Source of the DNA: a virus
Direction: 5' to 3' (one strand)
IMG/VR virus record: IMGVR_UViG_3300032753_001573
Coordinates: 32,001 to 96,000 of that record
Length of the DNA stretch: 64,000 nucleotides
The notes under the pieces were generated by a model that saw only the letters and a list, made by a program, of their open reading frames with translations, was not told the DNA's origin and did no database searches. The position numbers and the translations under genes are program-made. Below, piece after piece: positions 20,042 to 30,830 of this stretch (the stretch's first letter is position 1; every line of letters begins with the position of its first letter).

Positions 20042-21223
20042 ATGAGTTTTAACTGGGAAACGATTGGCGATAAAGTATATGGTATACTTGCCGCAGCAGG
20101 ATATGGCATACAGATGCGAGACGATAAGGGTCAAGCAACTATGGATCCTCACAAAGCCATAAGATTCCTTGCTACTGTAAAGAGTCAAGATCCAAAGCTT
20201 GACACGTATAATGTTTTAATTGGTTTGCATGACGAGGACGCATACAGCCATTTAGATTTTAGAACACCTAAAACAGTTTCAGATGCAGACTTTGATACTA
20301 TCACTAATCTCAAGAACAGCATACAGAAGAATCTTGGTGATATTGAAGGATTGAAGATCAATTGGACACCATTTGGTAGCAGTATTACATTGAAGGATGA
20401 TCCTGTAAAGAAAATCTCAGAGAGCAAAGACATCAGCAAAGTCTACGGCACAATGAAAAGTAGTTATCAGAAGGTTGGTGAGAGCAAGCTGATCATAAGA
20501 CATAGCGATCCAATAGATGAAAGCAAGCAAGGTAGTCGTTGGCGCAAGATACGTGCTGTGTTTATAGAGACTAAAGAAGGTGAACGCTTCAAATATCAGC
20601 ATCCTCATGTATCAGGTGCAAGAGCACTTGCTAGGCATATTAGCGAGGGCGGTAATACCCACGATTTTATAGGTCAAGGTATTGCCAATATGAGCGACGA
20701 TTATATGAATCTAAAGCGTGCAAACATGCTATTAAGGCATGCAGGCAAACATGATGATTCTGTGCATGTAAGAAATGCCATGAAGGATATAAATCACAAT
20801 CTTCGCAGGATGAGCGGACCTAGAGGATACAGATCTGCACAGGATTTGATGAAATCTCAAAGCAATCGTTATGACACAGGTGCAGCAGGCAATTTGTCTA
20901 AGCAACTGTTAGTTGATTGTGGATGTAGCGATGATACAGATAAAGCTGCACTCGATACTGCAGCCAAATACATAGTTAAAATTGGTTCAAATGTTCATAC
21001 TACAGAAGTCCCCGGCTGGCTAAAAACAATGTTGCAAAATCTAGCAACCAAGCTTAGCGACAGAGAACACCTTGACCAAATAATGGGTATGACACAGGAC
21101 GTTGAAGCTGGCAAGATACCGGATGCTACTCAGATAAGATGGGCAGCTGGCCTAGCCAAAGACATCAATGCTCCTGCACAAGATCCCGAAGTTGATCGCA
21201 TACGTCAACTGAGCGGCATTTAA
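20042..21223 (+). CDS. hypothetical late (head-associated) protein
   Basis: 393-aa ORF after GATAAATA (20009); ends RIRQLSGI like other head-associated proteins here. Confidence 0.5.
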   Translation: MSFNWETIGDKVYGILAAAGYGIQMRDDKGQATMDPHKAIRFLATVKSQDPKLDTYNVLIGLHDEDAYSHLDFRTPKTVSDADFDTITNLKNSIQKNLGDIEGLKINWTPFGSSITLKDDPVKKISESKDISKVYGTMKSSYQKVGESKLIIRHSDPIDESKQGSRWRKIRAVFIETKEGERFKYQHPHVSGARALARHISEGGNTHDFIGQGIANMSDDYMNLKRANMLLRHAGKHDDSVHVRNAMKDINHNLRRMSGPRGYRSAQDLMKSQSNRYDTGAAGNLSKQLLVDCGCSDDTDKAALDTAAKYIVKIGSNVHTTEVPGWLKTMLQNLATKLSDREHLDQIMGMTQDVEAGKIPDATQIRWAAGLAKDINAPAQDPEVDRIRQLSGI

Positions 21224-21276
21224 TTTTTCTTATACAATTGACAGATAAGGTACTCCTGCAGCATAAATATAGTTGT

Positions 21277-21341
21277 TAATAGTAATGCGCGATGTAGCGT
21301 TACTGTTATCTTAACACATTATGAGGCACAATAGGAGGCAC
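21277..21341 (+). promoter_or_regulatory. structured 5' leader of the ssb gene
   Basis: 12-bp stem taatagtaatgc/gcgttactgtta with two G-U pairs, 8-nt loop, and gaggcac twice before the start. Confidence 0.55.
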
Positions 21342-21347
21342 TTAATT

Positions 21348-22382
21348 ATGGCACTTAGTTTAAAAGAAATCCAGGCAAAACTTCAGGCACAGCAAGACCG
21401 CAAGGACCGTACAAAGAACGGATCATTCTCAGGTGAGAGCGGCATTTACCCATTTTGGAACAATCCTGAGGGCAGCACAGCAACAATGCGATTTTTACCA
21501 GATGGAGATGATTCCAATGACTTCTTCTGGGTAGAACGCCTAATCATCAAGCTACCGTTCCCAGGTATTAAGGGACAGAACGATGCTAAGCCAGTTGAAG
21601 TGCAGGTTCCCTGCATGGATATGTGGAAGCCAAATAGCTGTCCAATTGCAGCAGAGACTCGTCCTTGGTGGAAGGATCCGAGCCTAGAAGACCTAGCTCG
21701 CAAGTATTGGAGGAAGAAGAGTTATTTGTTCCAGGGATTTGTGACACAGAATCCAAATCCGCAGGATGTATCTCCTGAAAATCCAATTCGTCGATTTGTG
21801 ATTAACCCCAGCGTGTTCGATGTTATCAAGAACATTCTTATGCGTCAGGATCTAGAATATAGTCCAACTGATTATGATCATGGTCGAGACTTTTATCTCA
21901 GCAAGACCAGCAAGGGTGGTTATGCCAACTATGCAAGCTCAAGCTGGGCAATAAAGGAGCGTTCACTTAGCGATGCAGAACGAGAGGCTATAGACAAGCA
22001 TGGGCTGTATAAACTCAGCCAGTTCTTGCCCAAGAAGCCAGACGATGCGGGTGTACAGGCTATCATTGAGATGTTCCATGCTAGCGTGAACGAGGAACTA
22101 TATGATACCGATCGTTGGGGTCAGTATTTCCGTCCAAACGGTATGCGTTTTGATAATGCAGGCAGCGAGTCCAACAGCGCACCTTCTGCACATTCTGAAC
22201 CATCTGCTAGCAGTGCAACAGCGGCTAGCATCATGAACAGGGTTGCTAAGGCACCAGTTGAAGATACTCCTCCCTGGGATGATGCTCCAGAAGAGAAGGT
22301 TGCATCAGCTGAAAGCAAGCCAAAGATGCAGACTCCGGATGATATCCTAGCTGCTATCAGACGCCGCACTCAGAGCAAGTAA
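21348..22382 (+). CDS. single-stranded DNA-binding protein (T4 gp32-like)
   Basis: RFLPD, VPC...CPI, YW.K.SY, G.DF...K..KGGYA.Y..S; ATG 21348 follows SD aggagg. Confidence 0.88.
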   Translation: MALSLKEIQAKLQAQQDRKDRTKNGSFSGESGIYPFWNNPEGSTATMRFLPDGDDSNDFFWVERLIIKLPFPGIKGQNDAKPVEVQVPCMDMWKPNSCPIAAETRPWWKDPSLEDLARKYWRKKSYLFQGFVTQNPNPQDVSPENPIRRFVINPSVFDVIKNILMRQDLEYSPTDYDHGRDFYLSKTSKGGYANYASSSWAIKERSLSDAEREAIDKHGLYKLSQFLPKKPDDAGVQAIIEMFHASVNEELYDTDRWGQYFRPNGMRFDNAGSESNSAPSAHSEPSASSATAASIMNRVAKAPVEDTPPWDDAPEEKVASAESKPKMQTPDDILAAIRRRTQSK

Positions 22383-22400
22383 TCTATAAAACAACACAAT

Positions 22401-22426
22401 GAGGTGGGAGAAATCCCGCCTCTTTT
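22401..22426 (+). terminator. rho-independent terminator
   Basis: gaggtggga-gaaa-tcccgcctc-tttt. Confidence 0.85.
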
Positions 22427-22458
22427 ATATAATTGATTAGCTTATACAAGGAGAGCAC

Positions 22459-23532
22459 ATGCGCCCGTTTGACATTTCAAAATTTAGAAAAGACCTAACC
22501 AAGAGTATACCTGGGGTCAGCGTAGGTTTCCATGATCCAAAGACTTGGATACATAGTGGTAACTTTGCCCTAAACTATGCTATCAGTGGTGATTTTACCA
22601 AGGGTATTCCGCTAGGCAAGGTTACAATGTTTGCAGGACAGAGTGGTTCGGGAAAGAGCTTCATCTGTTCAGGCAACGTAGTTCGAAATGCACAGAAGGC
22701 TGGGATATTCCCAATTGTAATTGACACTGAAAACGCTCTAGATGAAAAGTGGCTAGGTCCGTTGGGTGTTGATACTAGCGATGACAAGTTGCTGAAAGTT
22801 AATATGGCTATGATTGATGACGTAGCCAAACTGATCAGCGATTTTATGAAAGACTATAAGTCTAGATTTGATAAGGTAGATCCCGAGGAACGACCAAAGA
22901 TTCTATTTGTGTTGGATAGCTTGGGCATGCTACTTACTCCAACTGATGTTAACCAGTTTGAGGCAGGTGAGATGAAGGGCGATATGGGTCGCAAACCCAA
23001 GGCGTTGGCATCTCTAGTTCGCAATTGTGTTAATATGTTTGGAGAGTATGATGTTGGGCTAGTTGTAACCAATCACAGCTATGCGTCGCAGGACATGTTT
23101 GATCCAGATGACAAGATATCCGGCGGACAGGGATTCATCTACGCAAGCTCTATTGTGGTTGCCATGCGCAAGCTCAAGCTCAAAGAAGACGACGAAGGCA
23201 AGAAGACTACTGACGTTCGCGGCATCAGGGCTGCTTGCAAGATCATGAAGACTCGTTATAACAAGCCATTTGAATCTGTTGAGATCAAGATACCTTGGGA
23301 TAAGGGTATGGACGAATATAGCGGTCTTATTGATCTATTTGAGAAGAAGGGCATTCTTGTCAAAGACGGCAATAAACTAAAATATACAGACAAGACCGGA
23401 AATGAACATAAGTACTTCCGTTCAGGTATCACAAATGAGTTATTAGATTTGATCATGCAGGAATGGGATGAGAACAAACTACCTGCTGCTCCATCTGATA
23501 ATGTCGATGATGCTAATCAAATTGAGGAGTAA
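22459..23532 (+). CDS. uvsX: RecA-like recombinase UvsX
   Basis: GQSGSGKS Walker A, IDTENA, VLDSLG, TNH.Y, SGGQG..YASS. Confidence 0.93.
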   Translation: MRPFDISKFRKDLTKSIPGVSVGFHDPKTWIHSGNFALNYAISGDFTKGIPLGKVTMFAGQSGSGKSFICSGNVVRNAQKAGIFPIVIDTENALDEKWLGPLGVDTSDDKLLKVNMAMIDDVAKLISDFMKDYKSRFDKVDPEERPKILFVLDSLGMLLTPTDVNQFEAGEMKGDMGRKPKALASLVRNCVNMFGEYDVGLVVTNHSYASQDMFDPDDKISGGQGFIYASSIVVAMRKLKLKEDDEGKKTTDVRGIRAACKIMKTRYNKPFESVEIKIPWDKGMDEYSGLIDLFEKKGILVKDGNKLKYTDKTGNEHKYFRSGITNELLDLIMQEWDENKLPAAPSDNVDDANQIEE

Positions 23533-23537
23533 AATTT

Positions 23538-23786
23538 ATGGAATTGACCGCCGGACTTATGCTTGATGTATGGGAGTTGGTTAGTGAATACTTGCCCACC
23601 AACCGCAAGGAAGATGTAGCTAACAAGATGATCAAGATATTTGCAGACAAAGGGGTGGATCAAGACGACTTTGAAAGCATTAGGGGAGAAGATGGTCATC
23701 TAGATACTGCTATAGATAACTTTAGTGAATCAGATCGAGATGAGGACGAGTATGATTACGAGTCTGATGATTACGATAACGATTGA
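23538..23786 (+). CDS. small acidic hypothetical protein
   Basis: SD gaggag, 82 aa, acidic tail. Confidence 0.65.
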   Translation: MELTAGLMLDVWELVSEYLPTNRKEDVANKMIKIFADKGVDQDDFESIRGEDGHLDTAIDNFSESDRDEDEYDYESDDYDND

Positions 23787-23808
23787 CACTAGGCATATAT
23801 GAGTGTGT

Positions 23809-23840
23809 AATGATAGCGGCCTCAGCCGCTATCATTTTAT
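23809..23840 (+). terminator. hairpin/terminator
   Basis: aatgatagcggc-ctca-gccgctatcatt followed by T-rich sequence. Confidence 0.7.
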
Positions 23841-23857
23841 TAAAAGGCGTTTTCTAT

Positions 23858-24328
23858 ATGTGGTATAGCAAGATAGTCGATAATTTAGCTGAAGTAGTAT
23901 CGGCTGTTGAATTCTACAACAAAGAACTGTCTGATGCACAAGATGAATCGCGGATAAAGGGCAGCATTGAAAAAAATGCACAAGAACTTAGTGGAATTAT
24001 GAGCCACAGGTATAACCAATTACAGGAAATTGAAGCGATTTTAAAATACTTAAATATTAAGTATGATAAAATGCGTAGCGACCATTATCGCAAATATAAC
24101 GAGCGTTATAACAGAGAATTAAGCGACCGCAGCATAGAAAAATACATTGACGGCGAGGACGACATAGTAACTATGTCAATGTTGATAAATGAGGTAAGCT
24201 TAATACGCAATAAGTATCTGGGATTAATAAAAGGCTTAGATGTTAAGCAATTCCAAATATCTAACATAATTAAACTGCGAGTAGTGGGCCTAGAGAACGC
24301 AACTGTAGAGAATAACACTAGATTATAG
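23858..24328 (+). CDS. uvsY: recombination mediator UvsY-like
   Basis: Helical; KY...Y.R.L..R.IEKYIDGE...IKGL..K.FQI.NI. ATG 23858 is preferred over the TTG that overlaps the hairpin. Confidence 0.7.
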   Translation: MWYSKIVDNLAEVVSAVEFYNKELSDAQDESRIKGSIEKNAQELSGIMSHRYNQLQEIEAILKYLNIKYDKMRSDHYRKYNERYNRELSDRSIEKYIDGEDDIVTMSMLINEVSLIRNKYLGLIKGLDVKQFQISNIIKLRVVGLENATVENNTRL

Positions 24329-24370
24329 TGAATTAAATTCTAAAAAAAGATGCCAAAAAAGTGAAATTTT

Positions 24371-24400
24371 GGTTGACGGATCCGCTGTAGATGCTATTGT
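24371..24400 (+). promoter_or_regulatory. sigma70-type early promoter
   Basis: TTGACG-N16-TATTGT with TG extension; same layout at 34613. Confidence 0.6.
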
Positions 24401-24430
24401 ACCTACATAGCAACAACGGAGCGATACTAA

Positions 24431-25462
24431 ATGTCCAATACGCTTGTGCATGTTACTGCTGGTCGTACCCGCGGTGGGGTTGTCGTTACTAATGCTACTG
24501 TCAAGCTCATCGAGGGCGAGAAGAAGGACAAGGACGGGCTGTATATTACCGTTGAGGGCGGCAACGTTCCGGGCCTGCGCAACGGTCGCAACCGCATTTA
24601 CATGGAGAACGTTAGCTGCTACCATGCAGTGAGCGAAGACGGCGCTGCCGTTGTTAACAAGACCAATTTGGTTGTGGAGCGCACGGACGAGGAGATTTCC
24701 AAGGACCTTACCGAGACGTTCAACATCCTGAGCGAGATGACCGACGCTGTTGCGAGCGGTATTGTGCGCGGGCTGGTTGTCAGCGGTCCCGCTGGCATTG
24801 GTAAGAGCCATACGGTGACCAGCTCGCTGGTGCGTAGCTTGGACCTGCTGGGCAAGCTGAACGGTATGGGCAGCATGTACCAGATCGTCAGCGGCACTGT
24901 TAGCGCTGCTAGCCTCTATGAGATGCTGTGGAATTATAAGGAAGAGGGCATGGTGTTGGTGTTTGACGACTGCGACGCTGTTCTCTACGATGAAGATTCG
25001 TTGAATATCCTCAAGGCTGCGCTTGACAGCAAGAAGACCCGGCGCATTCACTGGAACACTCGCAGCCAGTACCTCGAGAAGAACGACATTCCCAATAGCT
25101 TTGAGTACCAGGGTGGGATCATCTTTATCACCAACGTGAAGTTTGATCAGGTGCGTAGCCACCGAATCTCCAATCACCTCGAGGCCATTGTTAGCCGCTG
25201 CCATTACATGGACATTGGCATTGACAGCAAGCGTGAGAAGCTCATCCACATCCGTAACACTGTTGAGCGCAATGACATGATGCGCGAGTATGGGTTTACT
25301 GCTACGGAGAAGAAGGAAGTGGTTGATTACATTGTCACTAACCATAACAAGCTCAGAGAACTTTCACTTCGTATGGTTCTTAAGATCTGCGATTGCCGCA
25401 AGGCGATGCCGACCAATTGGACCCGGTACGTTGAAAAGACCTGCCACCTCAAGGCTGCGTAA
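24431..25462 (+). CDS. AAA+ family ATPase
   Basis: GPAGIGKS, VLVFDDCD, IFITN, SR; visibly more GC-rich than its flanks. Confidence 0.85.
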   Translation: MSNTLVHVTAGRTRGGVVVTNATVKLIEGEKKDKDGLYITVEGGNVPGLRNGRNRIYMENVSCYHAVSEDGAAVVNKTNLVVERTDEEISKDLTETFNILSEMTDAVASGIVRGLVVSGPAGIGKSHTVTSSLVRSLDLLGKLNGMGSMYQIVSGTVSAASLYEMLWNYKEEGMVLVFDDCDAVLYDEDSLNILKAALDSKKTRRIHWNTRSQYLEKNDIPNSFEYQGGIIFITNVKFDQVRSHRISNHLEAIVSRCHYMDIGIDSKREKLIHIRNTVERNDMMREYGFTATEKKEVVDYIVTNHNKLRELSLRMVLKICDCRKAMPTNWTRYVEKTCHLKAA

Positions 25463-25481
25463 CACAACCGGTTAAACAATC

Positions 25482-25510
25482 TTTCAAGATCTCAATATGA
25501 GATCTTGAAA
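25482..25510. repeat. perfect 13-bp inverted repeat overlapping the groES -35 element
   Basis: tttcaagatctca-ata-tgagatcttgaaa. Confidence 0.85.
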
Positions 25511-25533
25511 TTTACATTGTAATTGATTATATT

Positions 25534-25583
25534 ATGGGTTGACTAGCTAGTGGCTCTAAGAGCACTATGTTTAGTCAACCCAT
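25534..25583 (+). promoter_or_regulatory. long hairpin upstream of groES
   Basis: atgggttgacta/tagtcaacccat outer stem enclosing tagt(g)gctc-taa-gagcacta. Confidence 0.6.
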
Positions 25584-25603
25584 TTTCACATAAGGAGAAC
25601 ACG

Positions 25604-25894
25604 ATGGAACTAAAACCGCTTAATGATAGGGTTGTAGTAAGACGAGTGGACGCAGAAACAGTCACTAAGTCTGGTATCGTAATACCCGATACTGCTACAG
25701 AGAAGTCAGACCAGGGTCTTGTATTGGCTGTTGGTCGAGGCCGCCGAGACGAATCCGGCAACCGCATACCGCTTGAAGTTAAGATCAACGATCGAGTGAT
25801 CTTCAGCAAGTACAGTGGTAGCGTTATCAAGCACAAGGGCGATGAACTCTTGGTGCTCAAGGAAGAAGATATCTTTGCAGTTCTAAACGATTAA
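25604..25894 (+). CDS. groES: co-chaperonin GroES
   Basis: [29 protein letters not shown]; SD aaggag. Confidence 0.97.
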   Translation: MELKPLNDRVVVRRVDAETVTKSGIVIPDTATEKSDQGLVLAVGRGRRDESGNRIPLEVKINDRVIFSKYSGSVIKHKGDELLVLKEEDIFAVLND

Positions 25895-25905
25895 TGGGAG
25901 AATAA

Positions 25906-27531
<1,626 letters not shown>

Positions 27532-27553
27532 TACTACACTCATATACTCAATG

Positions 27554-27583
27554 AGGAAAGGGACACTGTGTCCCTTTCCTTTT
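27554..27583 (+). terminator. rho-independent terminator after groEL
   Basis: aggaaagggaca-ctg-tgtccctttcct-ttt. Confidence 0.85.
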
Positions 27584-27634
27584 AATTTTACACAACCGCT
27601 TGGCAAAGTAGCATTTATTGCGCATAATGCATAT

Positions 27635-30199
27635 ATGAAAACCTGCACAGTAATACTTGAAGACGAATGCAACATTAAACTTGAAGGTCTCGACCTAAAC
27701 ACTAGGCGCGATTGCGTAAAGACGGTTAAGTACTTCTTGCCCCACGCAAGATATAGTGCAGCTTACAAACTTGGTAGATGGGACGGGACAACTAGCTTTT
27801 GTACAATTGGCGGTAGAACCTACCTCAATCTTCTTGACAAGATGCTACCTGTATTGGCAGAAAATGGATATACGGTAGAGCTAGATGACAAGCGACACAC
27901 GTATGATTTTAAATTTGATAAGATAGATGAGAATTACCTAAGCAACATAACTTGGCCTACAGGACACAGAGCAGAAGGTCAACCCATAATACTTCGAGAC
28001 TATCAAGTTCAGGCTATCAACGAGTGCATTGATAATTTGCAGGGACTCAGTATTGCTCCTACTAGTGCGGGCAAATGTCAACCTCTAAGCAGCAAGGTTA
28101 AAGTACCGGGCGGCTGGATAGAAATGGGAGATATATCGGTAGGTGATGTGATAACTATACCAGACGGTAGTACAGCTAGCGTGATTGGAGTGTATGATCC
28201 CGGTATCAAAGATGTATACGAGATAACCTTTGAAGACGGACGTAAGGTCAGATCATGCAGCGATCATATATGGAAGGTTCATAATCATAACCGGACTAAC
28301 AAGTGGAAGCTTTTAAGCTTATCAGAGATAATAGCATATCAAAAAACTAATAATAGACACATATCTGTGCCATTAGCATCGCTAGTTAACGATACTTGTG
28401 TTGCAGATCTACCGATGCATCCGTACCTACTTGGTGTACTACTTGGCGATGGATCATTCGGGCATTGTTTTGGTATCACATCGGCAGATGAATTCATACT
28501 TAATAAAGTATCTTCTCTTCTTGATTCTGATTATAAACTGTCACATATATCAAGATATGATTATAGTATAAAATTTGTATCTGAAGATGTTCACATGAAA
28601 AAGCGATCAGAATGGATGAAACATTACCCGCGTCGTGCAAATGGTACTACACTGCCAAATACAACTTATCAAACCTATCATATGTATAAATCGATAATTA
28701 AAGATCTTGGATTGTCAGGAACTCGCAGCCATACAAAGTTCATACCTCAGATATATCTCAATGCAGGATATGAACAAAGGTTGCAGATGATACAAGGCTT
28801 GTTGGACACAGACGGGTATGTTGATCGTCGAGGTTGTATAAGTTTTACGACTACAAGCCAAAAGTTAGCTGACGATTTTGCATATCTTATCAGAAGCGTT
28901 GGAGGTATTGCTAAACATACTAGAGGCACGAATAGGAAATATCGATATAATAGTGAAATAGTGCCTTGCAAAGATTGTTTCAATGTATCTGTATATCATC
29001 CTACTCCTGCAATATTAGTTACCTTGCCGCGTAAGCTAGAAAGAATAAATTCTCGTAATGTTAAACGACAGCCAGTGTTACATATTGTTGACATACAGAA
29101 AGTATCAACGGAACCGGTGCGTTGCATAATGATTGACCATCCCGACCATCTGTATTTGACAGACAATTTTGTAGTAACACATAACACACTTATTACTGCC
29201 AGCCTTAGCAAGATAGCAGAGAAGTATGGCCGTACTATTGTCATAGTCCCAAATAAAAACCTAGTACAACAGACAGAAGAAGATTATCGAAACATAGGAT
29301 TAGAAGTTGGAGTGCTGTTTGGCGACCGTAAAGAGTATGATAAAAAACATACTATTTGTACATGGCAGAGTCTAAACGTACTAGACAAGAAGAACAAAGA
29401 TGCGCTTGACGATGATCAATTATCAGTGTTCCTTGACGGGCTCATTGCAGTTATTTGCGATGAAGTCCATATGGTAAAGAATGCTAATGTGTTACATACC
29501 TTATTAACTACGACATTTTCTAGCATTCCAATACGTTGGGGATTAACTGGTACCATACCAGAAGAAGAATACAATCAAGTTAGTTTATATAGTGCTATAG
29601 GACCTCTTATTGGTTCTCTCACTGCCAAAGAATTACAAGAAGCTGGGCACCTAGCACAGTGCAATATTAACATACTACAAACTCAAGAAACCGCCGTATA
29701 TAACGATTATCAATCAGAGCTAAAATATCTAGTGACAAACAAAGATCGATTACAGTGGCTAGCCAATAAGGTTACTGAAATATCCAAGACAGGTAATACA
29801 CTGGTTCTGATAGATCGTATCGAAACTGGTGAGATACTAAATGAGATGTTACCCGATGCTACATTTATCAGTGGTAAGATGAAGGCTACTAAACGCAAAG
29901 AACATTACAAGGAAATTAATCTAGAGAACAATTCAGTAATGATTGCTACATATGGTACAACTAGTACCGGTATTAGTATCAATCGAATCTTCAATCTAGT
30001 GTTAGTTGAACCTGGTAAGAGCTTCGTGCGTGTTATACAGAGCATTGGTCGTGGCTTACGCAAAGCGGATGATAAGGATGCAGTTGAAGTTTACGACATA
30101 GCTAGCAAGTGTAAGTTTAGCAATAGACATCTGCTCAAGCGTAAGAAGTTTTATAAAGAAGTATCATATCCGTTTGATCAAGAAAAGATTATGTACTAA
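27635..30199 (+). CDS. uvsW: UvsW-like SF2 helicase containing an intein
   Basis: WDG, LRDYQ, APTSAGK|..|T, DEVH, GLTGT, QSIGRGLR; ATG 27635 follows TTGGCA-N17-CATAAT. Confidence 0.92.
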   Translation: MKTCTVILEDECNIKLEGLDLNTRRDCVKTVKYFLPHARYSAAYKLGRWDGTTSFCTIGGRTYLNLLDKMLPVLAENGYTVELDDKRHTYDFKFDKIDENYLSNITWPTGHRAEGQPIILRDYQVQAINECIDNLQGLSIAPTSAGKCQPLSSKVKVPGGWIEMGDISVGDVITIPDGSTASVIGVYDPGIKDVYEITFEDGRKVRSCSDHIWKVHNHNRTNKWKLLSLSEIIAYQKTNNRHISVPLASLVNDTCVADLPMHPYLLGVLLGDGSFGHCFGITSADEFILNKVSSLLDSDYKLSHISRYDYSIKFVSEDVHMKKRSEWMKHYPRRANGTTLPNTTYQTYHMYKSIIKDLGLSGTRSHTKFIPQIYLNAGYEQRLQMIQGLLDTDGYVDRRGCISFTTTSQKLADDFAYLIRSVGGIAKHTRGTNRKYRYNSEIVPCKDCFNVSVYHPTPAILVTLPRKLERINSRNVKRQPVLHIVDIQKVSTEPVRCIMIDHPDHLYLTDNFVVTHNTLITASLSKIAEKYGRTIVIVPNKNLVQQTEEDYRNIGLEVGVLFGDRKEYDKKHTICTWQSLNVLDKKNKDALDDDQLSVFLDGLIAVICDEVHMVKNANVLHTLLTTTFSSIPIRWGLTGTIPEEEYNQVSLYSAIGPLIGSLTAKELQEAGHLAQCNINILQTQETAVYNDYQSELKYLVTNKDRLQWLANKVTEISKTGNTLVLIDRIETGEILNEMLPDATFISGKMKATKRKEHYKEINLENNSVMIATYGTTSTGISINRIFNLVLVEPGKSFVRVIQSIGRGLRKADDKDAVEVYDIASKCKFSNRHLLKRKKFYKEVSYPFDQEKIMY
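28076..29185 (+). mobile_element. contiguous intein (370 aa) with LAGLIDADG endonuclease
   Basis: CQPL...SDHIW...YLLGVLLGDG...QGLLDTDG...VVTHN|T, inserted in Walker A (GK|T). Confidence 0.95.
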
Positions 30200-30253
30200 A
30201 CCATTGATTATTTGTTAGATATGGCATTGTTGACGGTTAAATAACTGTCAACA

Positions 30254-30754
30254 ATGAAAATACTCACCAACGAAAATCAAGCTTACTCTATCAATCAAAT
30301 ACCAGATGTAATCCAAGACATTAGATATTGTGTTTTGGATTACAGTGATCAATCCAACGTAGATTATTATTTCATGCCTCTTATATTCTTAGAGAGTTTT
30401 AATAGTCCATGTGTTGATCTAAAGATAGGACCATATAACATACAGATGCCTCTTGATTGGAGTGTTGTGATAGGTGACATTAATCTAGGCGATCTAGAAA
30501 TAATGCAACTGATTTACCTCAATGACAAAGACTTTGATGTTTTTGCATTTAATCCTATAAGCGGATATATGCCTAAGTATTTGAAACTTGAAGTTCTCAA
30601 TATATGGCCAGATGTAAAATGGTACTTTCCAAAATTAAAAAATGGGCATTTGCTAGCAGTACCGTTACAAGATGGTGATTCTCCATTATGTGCTCTTTTT
30701 ATTAAAGACATTGGTAAGATTACGGAGAGTTTAGATATAAGAAAGATGTTTTGA
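30254..30754 (+). CDS. hypothetical protein
   Basis: 166-aa ORF after TAAATA. Confidence 0.65.
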   Translation: MKILTNENQAYSINQIPDVIQDIRYCVLDYSDQSNVDYYFMPLIFLESFNSPCVDLKIGPYNIQMPLDWSVVIGDINLGDLEIMQLIYLNDKDFDVFAFNPISGYMPKYLKLEVLNIWPDVKWYFPKLKNGHLLAVPLQDGDSPLCALFIKDIGKITESLDIRKMF

Positions 30755-30758
30755 TAAA

Positions 30759-30796
30759 CGAATCCCCTGGATTACTATGGTTCTCCAGGGGATTCG
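30759..30796. terminator. hairpin between convergent genes
   Basis: cgaatcccctgga...tccaggggattcg, 13-bp stem. Confidence 0.7.
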
Positions 30797-30830
30797 CTCG
30801 AGTCTGCTTGATTTCACATCAAGCTAGCTT

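Noticed and set aside
24323-25345. 340-aa antisense ORF
   Set aside because: Mirror of the GC-rich ATPase gene with no motifs; explained by codon bias.
25548-25568. CIRCE element before groES
   Set aside because: Contains AGCACT but lacks TTAGCACTC-N9-GAGTGCTAA arm order and spacing.
27551-27634. ORF-track N-terminal extension of UvsW (similar extensions at 4960, 21321, 23783, 25550, 33611, 39990, 53347)
   Set aside because: The extensions run through terminators, promoters or neighbouring genes; downstream starts have better signals.
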